From the IMG/VR virus record IMGVR_UViG_3300025121_000013: 64,000 nucleotides of DNA. One strand, written 5' to 3'. The stretch is from a virus. Below are positions 9,019-18,973 of the stretch, piece by piece. A model generated the notes under the pieces. That model did not search any database, was not told where the DNA came from, and worked only from the letters and a program-made list of their open reading frames with translations. The position numbers and the translations under genes were made by a program. Position 1 is the first letter of the stretch, and the number at the start of each line of letters is the position of its first letter.

Positions 9019-9251
9019 TAATTTATTTCACTTTTAGAAAGTGTCAAAGTTCCGTAATATTCAAAAACTGGTTGGCTATTGAGAATTTCATACATAGAAT
9101 AATTAATTAAACTAAATCCTTTGCCCGTGGAGCCTAATGTTCCCTCATCACTTTTAATAAGAAAATGACTTCTATTTATAGTAAAAATATCCCCTGGTTT
9201 TAAATCGCCAAAGGTTTTTTCTTTTTTATTTTCTATCTTGATTTGGATCAT
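9018..9251 (-). CDS. Family A member
   Basis: KTFGDLKPGDIF..LIK. Confidence 0.7.
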   Translation of the reverse strand: MIQIKIENKKEKTFGDLKPGDIFTINRSHFLIKSDEGTLGSTGKGFSLINYSMYEILNSQPVFEYYGTLTLSKSEIN

Positions 9252-9304
9252 GTTCGGTCCTTTCTGAACTCCATATTTTTGATGGTTTATAAAAGTTTAG
9301 GAAT

Positions 9305-10003
9305 TTAATATATGAGATTTATAAACCAAAGATTAGAAGGACATTGATTTAAAATTGTAAATTTTGTATTTTCTATTCTTGATTCGTAAAATGTATGCCA
9401 ATGGCCACAATACCATAAATCAGGTTTGTATTTTTCCCAAACAAGATCCAAAGCGTTTATTGAAGGGTCATTTACAGGAGAACCTAAAATCATTCTTTGA
9501 AAATTTTGTTGTTCTAAAATTCTTTTAGGTATGGTATGAGAAATTACAATGTCGATCTTTAAATCTGGAAGATTTTGAATATCATTATAATTTATAATTT
9601 CTTCAGGCCACCAAGAAACTCCTTGAATTCTTAAGTTTTTATCTATTGAGTCTGCCCCTCCCATAAATAAAACATTTCTTCCATCGGGAAGAGTTAAGAA
9701 AGACCCTCTTGGCATATAATAAATATTTGTATCAATTGAAATTGGAACTCTTCCATATTTTTTAACTTTTAAAGTTAAATCTTCATGATTTTCATGATTT
9801 CCATCACACCAATATATTTTTGTTTTTTTCGGGTTAATTCCATATTGATTAAATTTGTTATTAGAGTTCGAATGGATATTATGTAGATGAGGCCACCATC
9901 CAAAATCTCCACATTGTAAAATTATATCTGGTTTATAAAGATCGATTAATCTATTTAAATCTCCCCATCTACAATGAAGATCTCCACAAATAATAATATT
10001 CAT
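9305..10003 (-). CDS. Metallophosphoesterase (calcineurin-like)
   Basis: GDLH, GDFG, DGNHE, SHT, GHWH. Confidence 0.93.
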   Translation of the reverse strand: MNIIICGDLHCRWGDLNRLIDLYKPDIILQCGDFGWWPHLHNIHSNSNNKFNQYGINPKKTKIYWCDGNHENHEDLTLKVKKYGRVPISIDTNIYYMPRGSFLTLPDGRNVLFMGGADSIDKNLRIQGVSWWPEEIINYNDIQNLPDLKIDIVISHTIPKRILEQQNFQRMILGSPVNDPSINALDLVWEKYKPDLWYCGHWHTFYESRIENTKFTILNQCPSNLWFINLIY

Positions 10004-10076
10004 TTTTCCCCTATTTTTTGATTTTCTTTTATCGATCTACGATATGAAGAAGATCATAGCCCAGACGTTTTAAAAT

Positions 10077-10316
10077 TTATTTTAATGTTCTTTTAATTAT
10101 ATCTTTGTCTTCTGGTTTTGACCTGATATCTAAAGTTGAAGAATTTCCAGAACAATTAATTTCATCAGAATATACTTTTAGAAAACCGGCTGAATTTGGA
10201 GCCAAGGTTTTAAATTCATTCGTTATAAATTCCGACATTTTTTTATGATCGATAATATCGGGAAATAGTACAGAAAAGGATTCTCCAGAAGAGTTTTTAA
10301 AAATGATATATTTCAT
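10077..10316 (-). CDS. Hypothetical phage protein
   Basis: MKYI..FP..H..SAGF..SSTL pattern. Confidence 0.7.
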   Translation of the reverse strand: MKYIIFKNSSGESFSVLFPDIIDHKKMSEFITNEFKTLAPNSAGFLKVYSDEINCSGNSSTLDIRSKPEDKDIIKRTLK

Positions 10317-10579
10317 CTAATTCTAATCTTAAAATACTTTTTAGTATTTTTAAAAAACGTTGTTGAAAATGCAAATAAACAACAAATCAATTGAAAAAAT
10401 AATATGTTAAAAGCAAAAGTCCATGTACTTAAATGATCGTTTGGATATTTCATAAAAATAATAAAAAACCATATTGTCTCAATAATATAAGTAATAAAAA
10501 TAAGTATTGATATATAATAAATAAAATTCTTTTTTAAATCACTCATTTTTAAGAATTCTTTTCTAAGATGCGATATCAT
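10313..10579 (-). CDS. Small membrane protein
   Basis: Two hydrophobic helices. Confidence 0.6.
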   Translation of the reverse strand: MISHLRKEFLKMSDLKKNFIYYISILIFITYIIETIWFFIIFMKYPNDHLSTWTFAFNILFFQLICCLFAFSTTFFKNTKKYFKIRIR

Positions 10580-10902
10580 TTTTCAATTTTCTTTTTTTGA
10601 GTTTTCACCCATTCTAAATAATCTCTTTTAATCTTATCAATTTTAATAAACTCTAACGGATCTTTTATCCAAAATTTCTTTTCAATATATTTAAAATCAT
10701 AGAAACATGCTTCAAAAGAAAATTTTAATTCTTGATATTTAAAATAATAAATTGGTGTATGATAAAAATTTATAAAGGAGTTTATTAAATTAAATGCAAA
10801 TTTAATTCTTCTACCCATGTATATCCACCAGAACATATTTAACACACTTAGACATAATAAAATCGATGTAAATATAATAGGGATATAGAGATTTTCTTTC
10901 AT
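10576..10902 (-). CDS. Membrane-anchored hypothetical protein
   Basis: N-terminal TM, SD GAGGAG. Confidence 0.65.
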   Translation of the reverse strand: MKENLYIPIIFTSILLCLSVLNMFWWIYMGRRIKFAFNLINSFINFYHTPIYYFKYQELKFSFEACFYDFKYIEKKFWIKDPLEFIKIDKIKRDYLEWVKTQKKKIEK

Positions 10903-10913
10903 ATATTCTCCTC

Positions 10914-11123
10914 TCAGAACTTTCGTTTTATTTTAATGTATTTATCTTTTAAAAGAATTTCTTTCATTTCTTCATTTTGAAAATAAATCGCCATTAAGAT
11001 TGAAAAAATTGCAAATACAAGAATACAAAGACAATTAAATATATTTCTTTGAACTATAAATCCAGAAGAACCAAAAGAAATAAACGCTATAATGAAGAAT
11101 ATCATTTTTAGAGCGCTATTCAT
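10914..11123 (-). CDS. Small membrane protein
   Basis: Two hydrophobic helices. Confidence 0.6.
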   Translation of the reverse strand: MNSALKMIFFIIAFISFGSSGFIVQRNIFNCLCILVFAIFSILMAIYFQNEEMKEILLKDKYIKIKRKF

Positions 11124-11125
11124 TT

Positions 11126-11560
11126 TTAATTCTCTTCCTCAGGAATAAAATCTTCTTCTTCTTCTTCATCATCATAATTATCTAGATCAATATTTTCATC
11201 AACATTTCCCATCAAATTTCCTTGGTTTCCCCAACCTTGATTGGGATCATTTTCAGATCTTGTTTTTGGAATTTCTCCTTTAAAACATTTTGTATGAACT
11301 GCAGCAATTCCATTGGATTTATTATCATTAAACATCAAATCACAAACGTCACCCCAGTCTAAATCCCATTGAATAGAATCCCTTAAATTTTCATTTATCT
11401 TTTCGTTAGAGAAAACTCTTCCATATGAATCATATTCTCCACTCATCACCTGAATGCAATTCCCATCTTTCAATAAAAACAATTTTGTAGTTTGACCTCG
11501 AAAACTATTTGATAGAATCGCTTCTCCACATTCCTTGCAGATAAAACTAAAACATCCTAT
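11126..11560 (-). CDS. Hypothetical protein with N-terminal CxxC and acidic tail
   Basis: Frame extends upstream to ATA at 11560 giving (M)GCFSFICKECG; AAAGGA upstream. Confidence 0.65.
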   Translation of the reverse strand: MGCFSFICKECGEAILSNSFRGQTTKLFLLKDGNCIQVMSGEYDSYGRVFSNEKINENLRDSIQWDLDWGDVCDLMFNDNKSNGIAAVHTKCFKGEIPKTRSENDPNQGWGNQGNLMGNVDENIDLDNYDDEEEEEDFIPEEEN

Positions 11561-11602
11561 GGGGTATTTTCCTTTCAGAACATGTTTTTAATGGAAATTG
11601 AT

Positions 11603-11905
11603 CTAATTAAAACTTCTTATCTCAGCGTTCATTAAAACGGCAAATTCTTTTGCTAATTCAATATTTGGAAAAACCAATTTTGCTTCATCAATTAAGACTA
11701 CTCCTTTTTGTGGTGGCTTGTTAAATCTATAAGGAAGAAGTACAGTAAAAAATTCTCCCTGAGAGTTTTGAGTTTCATAGATTGTCACAAAGTCAATTTT
11801 TGGTTTTTCTTTTAAAAAAATTTTAACCTCGGGATCATTCCCAAAATGTCTTGTTAGTTTTTCAAGCTTTTGATCTTTTTTCCTCTTAGATATATTTTTT
11901 AGCAT
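11603..11905 (-). CDS. Hypothetical protein
   Basis: Start MLKN after AGGAAGG. Confidence 0.65.
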   Translation of the reverse strand: MLKNISKRKKDQKLEKLTRHFGNDPEVKIFLKEKPKIDFVTIYETQNSQGEFFTVLLPYRFNKPPQKGVVLIDEAKLVFPNIELAKEFAVLMNAEIRSFN

Positions 11906-11921
11906 GTTTTCCTTCCTTTTT

Positions 11922-11967
11922 GGAAATGGATGGGGAGGAAGAGAGAATAACCTCCCCATCCATTTCC
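11922..11967. terminator. 17-bp perfect hairpin with 12-nt loop
   Basis: GGAAATGGATGGGGAGG/CCTCCCCATCCATTTCC. Confidence 0.6.
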
Positions 11968-12020
11968 TTAGAAATACAACTCAATCGAACTATAGATTTC
12001 ATTCTTTTTGTTAATAATTT

Positions 12021-12272
12021 TTATTCTTTTAAATCGTTTGGATTTCTATTTCGACAGGAACATTGATTTATATTAGGATGAGAGTGCCCTCTCTTTTCCA
12101 ATGCTTCCCAAAATTCTTTTGCATTATGTCTGGTTAGTAGATTTTCTTTTGGCTTATTTACCCTTCCCTTTTCATGTACTGGGATTGGAAGTCCAAGAGA
12201 TTCACATTTCGCTTCAACCCAAGCTCTTTCATGATTCAATGAAACTTTCCAATGTGGAAATTCAGTTTCCAT
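12021..12272 (-). CDS. Hypothetical protein
   Basis: SD AGGAG. Confidence 0.65.
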   Translation of the reverse strand: METEFPHWKVSLNHERAWVEAKCESLGLPIPVHEKGRVNKPKENLLTRHNAKEFWEALEKRGHSHPNINQCSCRNRNPNDLKE

Positions 12273-12289
12273 TTTTTCTCCTTTCTTTG

Positions 12290-12529
12290 TTATTCTTTTT
12301 TAAGAAGTTCAATAATTTCTTGAACGAAATAATAAATTGAAACTCCTAACATGCATAAAGAATATAGAATCAAGAACATTCCATGAGCTGGAAACTTTTC
12401 CAATAGAAAAACCCCAACGAAAATTCCACAATTGAGAATGCATAAAAGCAATAATTTCATCTTCAAAGGGTCATTGAATTTTTTCAATTTTTTATATGGA
12501 CCATATGGGTTAAAATTCTTTTGTATCAT
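12290..12529 (-). CDS. Small membrane protein
   Basis: Two TM helices, SD GGAG. Confidence 0.65.
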   Translation of the reverse strand: MIQKNFNPYGPYKKLKKFNDPLKMKLLLLCILNCGIFVGVFLLEKFPAHGMFLILYSLCMLGVSIYYFVQEIIELLKKE

Positions 12530-12664
12530 TCAGATTCTCCATTCTTGATAAAATAGTATCTCCATCGAATTGATTCCATTTCAAATGAAGAAGAACTCAT
12601 CGAAGAAATATAACCCAACAGAATTTTTCTTTTCAATCTCAATTCAGACATTTAAATTGATTTA

Positions 12665-12859
12665 TTAATCATGAAGAATAACAAGTTCAAAATTCCAAAA
12701 GAATACCTCTACCAAGATATTGCCATCATTTTTGTCCCTTTCAAAACCAAACCCAAAATGTTTATAATGCGGATTAAAACAATCTTTTAATATAACCTCT
12801 AATCTCCCTATTTTTCTTGAAAAATATATCTTTTCATCATAGAGGTCGACAAAGTCCAT
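12665..12859 (-). CDS. Hypothetical protein
   Basis: SD AAGGA. Confidence 0.55.
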   Translation of the reverse strand: MDFVDLYDEKIYFSRKIGRLEVILKDCFNPHYKHFGFGFERDKNDGNILVEVFFWNFELVILHD

Positions 12860-12879
12860 GTGGTTTCCTTTCTTTACTT

Positions 12880-13380
12880 TTATTGCTCTGTGTCAGTACC
12901 TTCAGTGTTTGCCATCATATCAATTGATATTGATTTTGCTAAATTATCAATTCCCATTTCTTCGATCATTTCTTTTCCTTCTTCAGTGAGGCTCAATACT
13001 TCAGTTCCAATTGGAGGGTCATACCCATCATACCAGACCCCACAAAAATCCATGGCCTCTTGTAAAAGATGTTTCTTAATTCGAATATTTCTGGTCTCAT
13101 CTTCGAACTAAAAATATTCACAAATGGGACAAATCAAAAAATTGAGAACCCTATCGACTTGTTTGTAATTGATCCAATCAAAAAGGTTATCCCATGAAAA
13201 AATAACATCTACCATCGTCACATCCAATATGTCTGATATAATCGATTGGATCAATTCATCATCGGTCATATTATCAATTGAGATATTTCCATTGAATGCG
13301 TGACATACATATCTCCATAATTCATTATCAGGAAAGGATGAAAATGTATTTTTGTATATCTCAACCAGTCCGTTTCGCAT
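12880..13380 (-). pseudogene. Hypothetical gene with an in-frame TAG at 13108-13110
   Basis: Frame stays open 75 more codons after TAG (FEDETRN...TEQ*). Confidence 0.5.
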
Positions 13381-13413
13381 TTAACTATCTACTTTCAAAA
13401 AGTAAAACTCTAT

Positions 13414-13436
13414 CTCATTTATTAATATATATAGTT
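13414..13436 (-). promoter_or_regulatory. Putative early promoter
   Basis: AACTATATATATTAATAAATGAG, identical at 23613 and 45078. Confidence 0.75.
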
Positions 13437-13443
13437 AAATTTT

Positions 13444-13486
13444 TACAAAAAAATAAAGGGGCATAAAACCTTCTCCGCCCCTTTAT
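13444..13486 (-). terminator. Hairpin plus TTTTTTTGTA terminator
   Basis: ATAAAGGGGC/GCCCCTTTAT. Confidence 0.75.
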
Positions 13487-13570
13487 ATTCTAATTCTTTA
13501 TGTTTATCTATTTTTCCCTAAATAGTATAAAAATGGAGAGATAAAAATATAAAGACTGATTTTAAATATT

Positions 13571-13795
13571 TTAGTCATAATTTAAAACTGCATTCTCCAA
13601 TACTTTAACATAAAGATCAGTTTTGATATGGCATAAATTTCCATTATCCAGGAATACTGAATTTCGTGTCTCTCCGTTTTTTAAGATGACTTTGGGAATT
13701 TTCATTAGAAATAAACCATTAATAGTGAAAGGAATTCCACATTTAACATTTTCAAAAGTAACATCATTGTACTTTTCCGATTTCTTTATCTTCAT
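13571..13795 (-). CDS. Family A member (dispersed)
   Basis: VTFENVKCG.PF....LMK...NSVFLDNG.L. Confidence 0.75.
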   Translation of the reverse strand: MKIKKSEKYNDVTFENVKCGIPFTINGLFLMKIPKVILKNGETRNSVFLDNGNLCHIKTDLYVKVLENAVLNYD

Positions 13796-13810
13796 CTTCC
13801 CCTTCTTTCT

Positions 13811-14002
13811 TTATGGCTTATTTTTCATTGAGATTTTTCTTGGTTTTTTATCGTCAAAAATTTCTTGAAGTTTTATTTCATCTATAGGCAATATAGCTGA
13901 ATCAAGAAAAATTTCAGCATCTTTTCTCGCTGAAATATCATTTAAAGAATGAAAGGTATAAACTATTGTCAGTCTGTATTTCTTTCCAGATGTTGACTTC
14001 AT
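13811..14002 (-). CDS. Hypothetical protein
   Basis: Operon context. Confidence 0.6.
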   Translation of the reverse strand: MKSTSGKKYRLTIVYTFHSLNDISARKDAEIFLDSAILPIDEIKLQEIFDDKKPRKISMKNKP

Positions 14003-14181
14003 TTAAGATACATAACCACTGAAGCCTACAGATTTAATTTCTAAATTTTCCTTTTTCTTTCTTCTGATCAATTTATTATATTGTCTTTTGGCCCATTTTT
14101 TAAATTTATGTCCGGCTTTTTGACCAGATATCTGTTCCTTATATGTGGCCATATGGTCTCCTTTAAAACTTATTTAAATAG

Positions 14182-14216
14182 CTCCGAGAGGGCTTTTGTT
14201 TCTTGCCCTCTCGGAG
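14182..14216. terminator. 12-bp hairpin with 11-nt loop
   Basis: CTCCGAGAGGGC/GCCCTCTCGGAG. Confidence 0.55.
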
Positions 14217-14434
14217 GTTAAAGTTAAAAATTATTTTGATTGGTTAAAGAGAAGTTTCCTTCTTTTCATATCTGAATGTGGAATGCCAGGTTTTCTTATT
14301 TTTTGCTGCGAAGATCTTTATTTTCGGAATTTCATCGATCTGTATGTCGAAAGAAGTTCTGTGAAAGACAAAAAGAAATCCGGCTATGAAGAATAGCGTA
14401 GTGAGCACTCTTTTCTCCTTTTCTTTTGGGAGAT

Positions 14435-14854
14435 TTAGTTGGGAACAATGGAAAGGATTTCTGTTGCCCACAATGGAAGTTTATAATTCTTGAAATACCT
14501 TCTGGATCTTTCGATAAATTCGATGATGTCATCAGCGTAATCTGGGTGCATTCTCGAATTATAATATTTGATCTGGTCTTCAAAATTATCAAATTTAAGA
14601 CCATCGATGCTTCTGGCGGCTGCTGTGAAGAAGCCAATCGCCTTATCAAATTTATCGGGAGGCACGACCTTTTCAGGTTCTCCCTTTTTGTTAATTACCA
14701 TCGGCTTTTGCCTGCAAAAGGAAAAGCCGATATGAATCTGTGGATCTCCAATTTCGGTCCATGAAAAAAGAACTCCAGTTTTCTGATTGTTTTCATTTCG
14801 TACATATTCCAACAGATATCCACTATTCCTTTGCTTCCTCGGGCCGTCTTCCAT
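14435..14854 (-). CDS. Hypothetical phage protein
   Basis: IGFSFC..DKFDK.IG...A pattern. Confidence 0.7.
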   Translation of the reverse strand: MEDGPRKQRNSGYLLEYVRNENNQKTGVLFSWTEIGDPQIHIGFSFCRQKPMVINKKGEPEKVVPPDKFDKAIGFFTAAARSIDGLKFDNFEDQIKYYNSRMHPDYADDIIEFIERSRRYFKNYKLPLWATEILSIVPN

Positions 14855-15179
14855 AGAAGGCGATTCCTTTCTTATTGGTTGTTTGTTGTTTTCTTTTTAG
14901 ACTTTTAAAATTGAATTCAGGAATTAAAATATATAACCATGAGATAAAGAATATGACAAAGGATATTGATAAATATAATTTCAGAGTTTTATAATCTAAT
15001 GTATGATTTTTAATTATGGTTAAACAAAATGAAAATATTCCAATTAAAATTATTAGTGCTATACATCTTAAAATAGTATTCTTTAGAGTCAAAATTATTC
15101 TCCCTTCTCCTTGGGATCTTTCCAATTTCCTTTTGCTAAAATATTTGAAATATAAATTGAGCATCTTGTGAAAAAACAT
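14823..15179 (-). CDS. Membrane protein
   Basis: Two TM helices. Confidence 0.55.
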   Translation of the reverse strand: MFFHKMLNLYFKYFSKRKLERSQGEGRIILTLKNTILRCIALIILIGIFSFCLTIIKNHTLDYKTLKLYLSISFVIFFISWLYILIPEFNFKSLKRKQQTTNKKGIAFYGRRPEEAKE

Positions 15180-15343
15180 TCCGTATCTACAGGATAATCA
15201 AAATCTATTGAGTTCTTTGTAATTAGGAGAGGACAATGATATTGTTCATTTTTTTTAATTTTTAAGGGACAATATTTGAGGAATACAGCAAAAGCTTTTT
15301 CATTTCCAGGAAAGGTTTTTTGTTTTAAATCGTGAAAACTCAT
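15095..15343 (-). CDS. Cys-containing hypothetical protein
   Basis: ATGA coupling. Confidence 0.5.
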   Translation of the reverse strand: MSFHDLKQKTFPGNEKAFAVFLKYCPLKIKKNEQYHCPLLITKNSIDFDYPVDTECFFTRCSIYISNILAKGNWKDPKEKGE

Positions 15344-15708
15344 TCCTCAACAATTCTAAATGATTTACATAATGCAACGTTAAAAGATTTTCCGTTAATG
15401 AAATTTAATTCTTTTCTTTGTCCCAACCCTTTTCTATATTCAATTTTTTTAACAATCAATTCTGAGAAATCTGGGACGGATAATAATATATCTTTAAGAA
15501 CATTTGTAGTTTCAGGCTCTTCAAGAAAAAAGCAAAATCCATCATCAACAACATTATATTTTGCCCAATTGATCCAGCCATCTTCTTTTTCATAATTAGA
15601 AAACATAAATCCACGAAGATGGCCATTAATTTGAGAAAATATTTTCCATCCAAAACCATTTTCGGGAATCGGAAAAACTTCACTCCCATTTTCCAGTTTA
15701 TTGCACAA
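15340..15708 (-). CDS. Hypothetical protein
   Basis: TTG start after AGGAG; the longer ORF would overlap the tRNA. Confidence 0.6.
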   Translation of the reverse strand: MCNKLENGSEVFPIPENGFGWKIFSQINGHLRGFMFSNYEKEDGWINWAKYNVVDDGFCFFLEEPETTNVLKDILLSVPDFSELIVKKIEYRKGLGQRKELNFINGKSFNVALCKSFRIVEE

Positions 15709-15743
15709 AGAGAATCTCCTTAAGATCAGTGATATCAAGATGA

Positions 15744-15815
15744 TGGGGCCGGTTGGGCTCGAACCAACGACTCTCTGCTTAAAAGGCAGATACTCTACCA
15801 CTGAGTTACGGCCCC
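15744..15815 (-). tRNA. tRNA-Lys(TTT)
   Basis: Full cloverleaf, anticodon loop CTTTTAA, no encoded CCA. Confidence 0.95.
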
Positions 15816-15833
15816 ATTTAGACACGTAATATT

Positions 15834-16211
15834 TTATTCTTTAGGAAGATTTTCTAAAATAGTTCTAAATGTAATATAAATATATTTTTTACTTTCCTTA
15901 TTTATAAATGAAAAATATATTCCCGATCTTGTTGAAATATATTCTTTCTCAATATCAGTTTTTAGTTCTCCTAAATATTCTAAACAAATTCCATATATAG
16001 TACTTTGATAAATAGTTGGTTCTGTCGAATTTTCATCTAGAGGGTCTTTTTCATATATTTTCATAAATCTTTGTATCAATTCTTTTTGTGTTGTTAAACA
16101 ATCTTTTTTTATAACCCAATCTATCAGTAATTGACACTCTGTTTCACAAATATCTCTTAGAACACATTCAGAACAAATTGAAGGCAACCCATGAATTGTT
16201 ATCCTTTTCAC
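15834..16211 (-). CDS. Hypothetical protein with Cx2Cx5Cx3C head
   Basis: CSECVLRDICETEC. Confidence 0.7.
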   Translation of the reverse strand: MKRITIHGLPSICSECVLRDICETECQLLIDWVIKKDCLTTQKELIQRFMKIYEKDPLDENSTEPTIYQSTIYGICLEYLGELKTDIEKEYISTRSGIYFSFINKESKKYIYITFRTILENLPKE

Positions 16212-16828
16212 ATTAAAACCACTCCGAAAACTATCCCCTGAATGAAGCCATATATAACTTCAGATTGACTCCATTTATTATCCATGTGTGGATATTTAGG
16301 AATATTGATTAAACAAGGAATATTAACGCTAATCGGAAAAGATATACTTAAAATAAAAATATATATTAAATATATTGGGCTTAAAATTAAAAATGGTATA
16401 AAAGGGGGAACCCAAAAATATAAACCTCTAATAAATAATGCTACATTTGCATACAAAAGATAATTTTTTTCATGAGAAATAAAAACTTCTGTGATTTGAG
16501 AAATGCCATCACAAATTCTATATCCAAAAAAGTTTCCACAGCTTTTTTCTGGATTATAATTTTTTGGATCTTTATCGATAATCGTTGCAATCCATGTTCC
16601 CCATCCAAACGACTCACCGATTTTATATAAGATATAACCAATAAATTCACAAAAGAAAATATTCCAATGAGTTTTAAAATATAAAATTATCCCAATAGAA
16701 ATTCCAATTCCTAATTTTGCAAATGTGTCCATTTCTATTTCTTGAACTTTAATATCAGAGCCACGTACCCTATGTAAAAAACTAAATACAATTCCTATAA
16801 AAATCACAATGAAAAATTTAATTATCAT
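16208..16828 (-). CDS. Multi-pass membrane protein
   Basis: Several TM segments; RVRG..GWG..W..SE...G. Confidence 0.75.
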   Translation of the reverse strand: MIIKFFIVIFIGIVFSFLHRVRGSDIKVQEIEMDTFAKLGIGISIGIILYFKTHWNIFFCEFIGYILYKIGESFGWGTWIATIIDKDPKNYNPEKSCGNFFGYRICDGISQITEVFISHEKNYLLYANVALFIRGLYFWVPPFIPFLILSPIYLIYIFILSISFPISVNIPCLINIPKYPHMDNKWSQSEVIYGFIQGIVFGVVLM

Positions 16829-16831
16829 TTT

Positions 16832-17221
16832 TTAAAATTTATCTTTGATTATTGAACTAATCATTTTTCCATCCGCTTTTGTTCCAAAATGATTTTTAAT
16901 AATTCCAATAGCTTGCATTTTATTTTTCAAAGAACTAAAATCAATATGATTTGAAATCCACATTAATAATTCTTCTTCAGATATAGGTTGAGGTATGTAC
17001 TGTTTTAAAATTGAAATATAAACTTCATCTGGCACTGGAAACTTTTTTGCATCATCAGCCATTTTATTTAAAAGATTTATTATTCTTTGATCTTCGATTT
17101 CTTTTTTTGTATCTATTCTTGCCAATTCTCCCATTATAATAATCAATACATTTTTCTTTATTTCATCTTTTTCTTTTCTAGCTTTTTGAAGGTCGGCTTT
17201 TATTTTCTGTTGAATTGTCAT
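16832..17221 (-). CDS. GatB/YqeY-domain protein
   Basis: IKADL..ARKEKD..YIPQPISEEEL..ADGK. Confidence 0.85.
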   Translation of the reverse strand: MTIQQKIKADLQKARKEKDEIKKNVLIIIMGELARIDTKKEIEDQRIINLLNKMADDAKKFPVPDEVYISILKQYIPQPISEEELLMWISNHIDFSSLKNKMQAIGIIKNHFGTKADGKMISSIIKDKF

Positions 17222-18018
17222 TTAGTTAGAGGAAGATTACAAATTAAACCGATTTGTCTAATCATTTCTGATATTTCTAAAACAGGAATATTTAAAATTT
17301 TCGAAATTTCTTCCCTCTTTTTCTCTTCAAAAAAGATATAATTTATAATTTGTTTTTGACTTTCAGTCAATTTTTCAAGATTTGGTTTAACATTAGATTC
17401 ATAAACTTCTCCTGGATGAAAGGATAAAAGTTGAAAATTAGGATATAATTTTTTAAAAGAAACATCTAGAGTTCTACAGAGGTGAAGAATGACATTCTTA
17501 TAACAATATTTATTAATATTTTTCATATGAATTGGAGAAACATTTCCATTCATTATACTTCTCAACGTAGAATATGACAATCCAGTCCCTTTCATGATGT
17601 CTTCTATTCGAGATCCATAAAGAGAATAACAAAATTCTTCAACTTTATTTTCAAAATGCCAACGAGTTCTTTCATTTTTTTCTTTAACCATACTAATAGG
17701 AATTGGAATTGGTTCAGGAATTGTAGTTGAAGGTGGAATTTCCGGAACAATATTTTTTGTTTTAAGTTTTTCTGCTAGAGGAACGATCATATCCAATTCT
17801 TTTTTATGTTTATCCATATAAAATTTATAAATAAATTCAGGAGAAATGCCGAAATATTTTGAAAGTTTAAGAACTCCACAGGTACTAAATTCTACATCGT
17901 CATTTAAAGCTGCTGTGAGGCCTTTTACAGTTCCAAAAAGGTGTTTGGCCATTTCTTCAATTGAAATATTATTTGGTTTCAAAAAACATTCGATGATCAT
18001 CTCTCCTATTGAGTACAT
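17218..18018 (-). CDS. Multi-HTH regulator (HigA-like, Xre-like and sigma-r4-like domains)
   Basis: GEMIIECFLKP..LKLSKYFGISPEF; TGLSYSTL; LTESQKQII..EISKILNIP. Confidence 0.7.
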   Translation of the reverse strand: MYSIGEMIIECFLKPNNISIEEMAKHLFGTVKGLTAALNDDVEFSTCGVLKLSKYFGISPEFIYKFYMDKHKKELDMIVPLAEKLKTKNIVPEIPPSTTIPEPIPIPISMVKEKNERTRWHFENKVEEFCYSLYGSRIEDIMKGTGLSYSTLRSIMNGNVSPIHMKNINKYCYKNVILHLCRTLDVSFKKLYPNFQLLSFHPGEVYESNVKPNLEKLTESQKQIINYIFFEEKKREEISKILNIPVLEISEMIRQIGLICNLPLTK

Positions 18019-18334
18019 TTGTTGCCTTTCTTTTCTAGCTTTTGAACATCAACTTTTATATCTTGTTGGATCGACATATCAACCTTTCAAATCAGATCTG
18101 ATTTGACAAAATTTAGTTTTAAGAAAAGATTTAAAGGTTATTTAATTTTTCCTTTTTGTGATTTCATTCTATTTGATAAATCTATAAGATCTGACCATTC
18201 GCTGTTATTTTGTTCTGGCTCTTCTTTTGGGGTTTTTCCCCAATCAATATTATCATAGTTATCTCTATATTTTTTTGAGACCGCCTTATGATCTTTAGAC
18301 ATTAAGTTTTCCATGGTTTATTTTCCTTTATCTA

Positions 18335-18973
18335 TTATTTTTTATAATAGTGTTTTTGTTGAATATATTTTAAAACTTTAGGTAATGACATAAAAGGTGT
18401 CTCACATTTAGAAGAATAATATCTTATCATATTTACACAGCCCTCATTTGTTTTTGGATTAATTATAAGAGAATATGAGCCACCTTGTGATAATGTTTCT
18501 TCCATAATATGAAATACAATAATTTCATGTTCAAAATCATACATGTCATCTTCAAAAGGAATCATAAAAGGTAGAATTGTCTTTAAGCCATTTTCAACCT
18601 TTTTTAATTGTTCATCATCATTTTTATTTAAACAAATCTCGATAGCAACTTGTTTTATTTTAGGAAAATAACCCATTGTTTTTAAACCTAAATCTGAAAG
18701 ATATGTTTCTAATTCTTTGCGGAAAGGACTATTTCCACAATCGTTTACGGATAATAAGGCTTTCCAATCAGGCCCATTCAATTTCATGTCTTCTTTTTTT
18801 AAGTTAACTTTTTTAAGAAGTAAAGCTTCTTTTTCTTTTTTATATTTTTCGATAATTTTATTAAATGGCTTCATTAATTTATATAAAGGTTTTATATTTT
18901 CATCATGAACTTTTTTAGAAAGTAAATCTAGTTCTTCGATCTGTTTATCTATTTCCTCATATTTTTCTTCCAT
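18335..18973 (-). CDS. Hypothetical protein
   Basis: Start MEEK; the longer ORF overlaps the tRNA-like gene. Confidence 0.7.
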   Translation of the reverse strand: MEEKYEEIDKQIEELDLLSKKVHDENIKPLYKLMKPFNKIIEKYKKEKEALLLKKVNLKKEDMKLNGPDWKALLSVNDCGNSPFRKELETYLSDLGLKTMGYFPKIKQVAIEICLNKNDDEQLKKVENGLKTILPFMIPFEDDMYDFEHEIIVFHIMEETLSQGGSYSLIINPKTNEGCVNMIRYYSSKCETPFMSLPKVLKYIQQKHYYKK

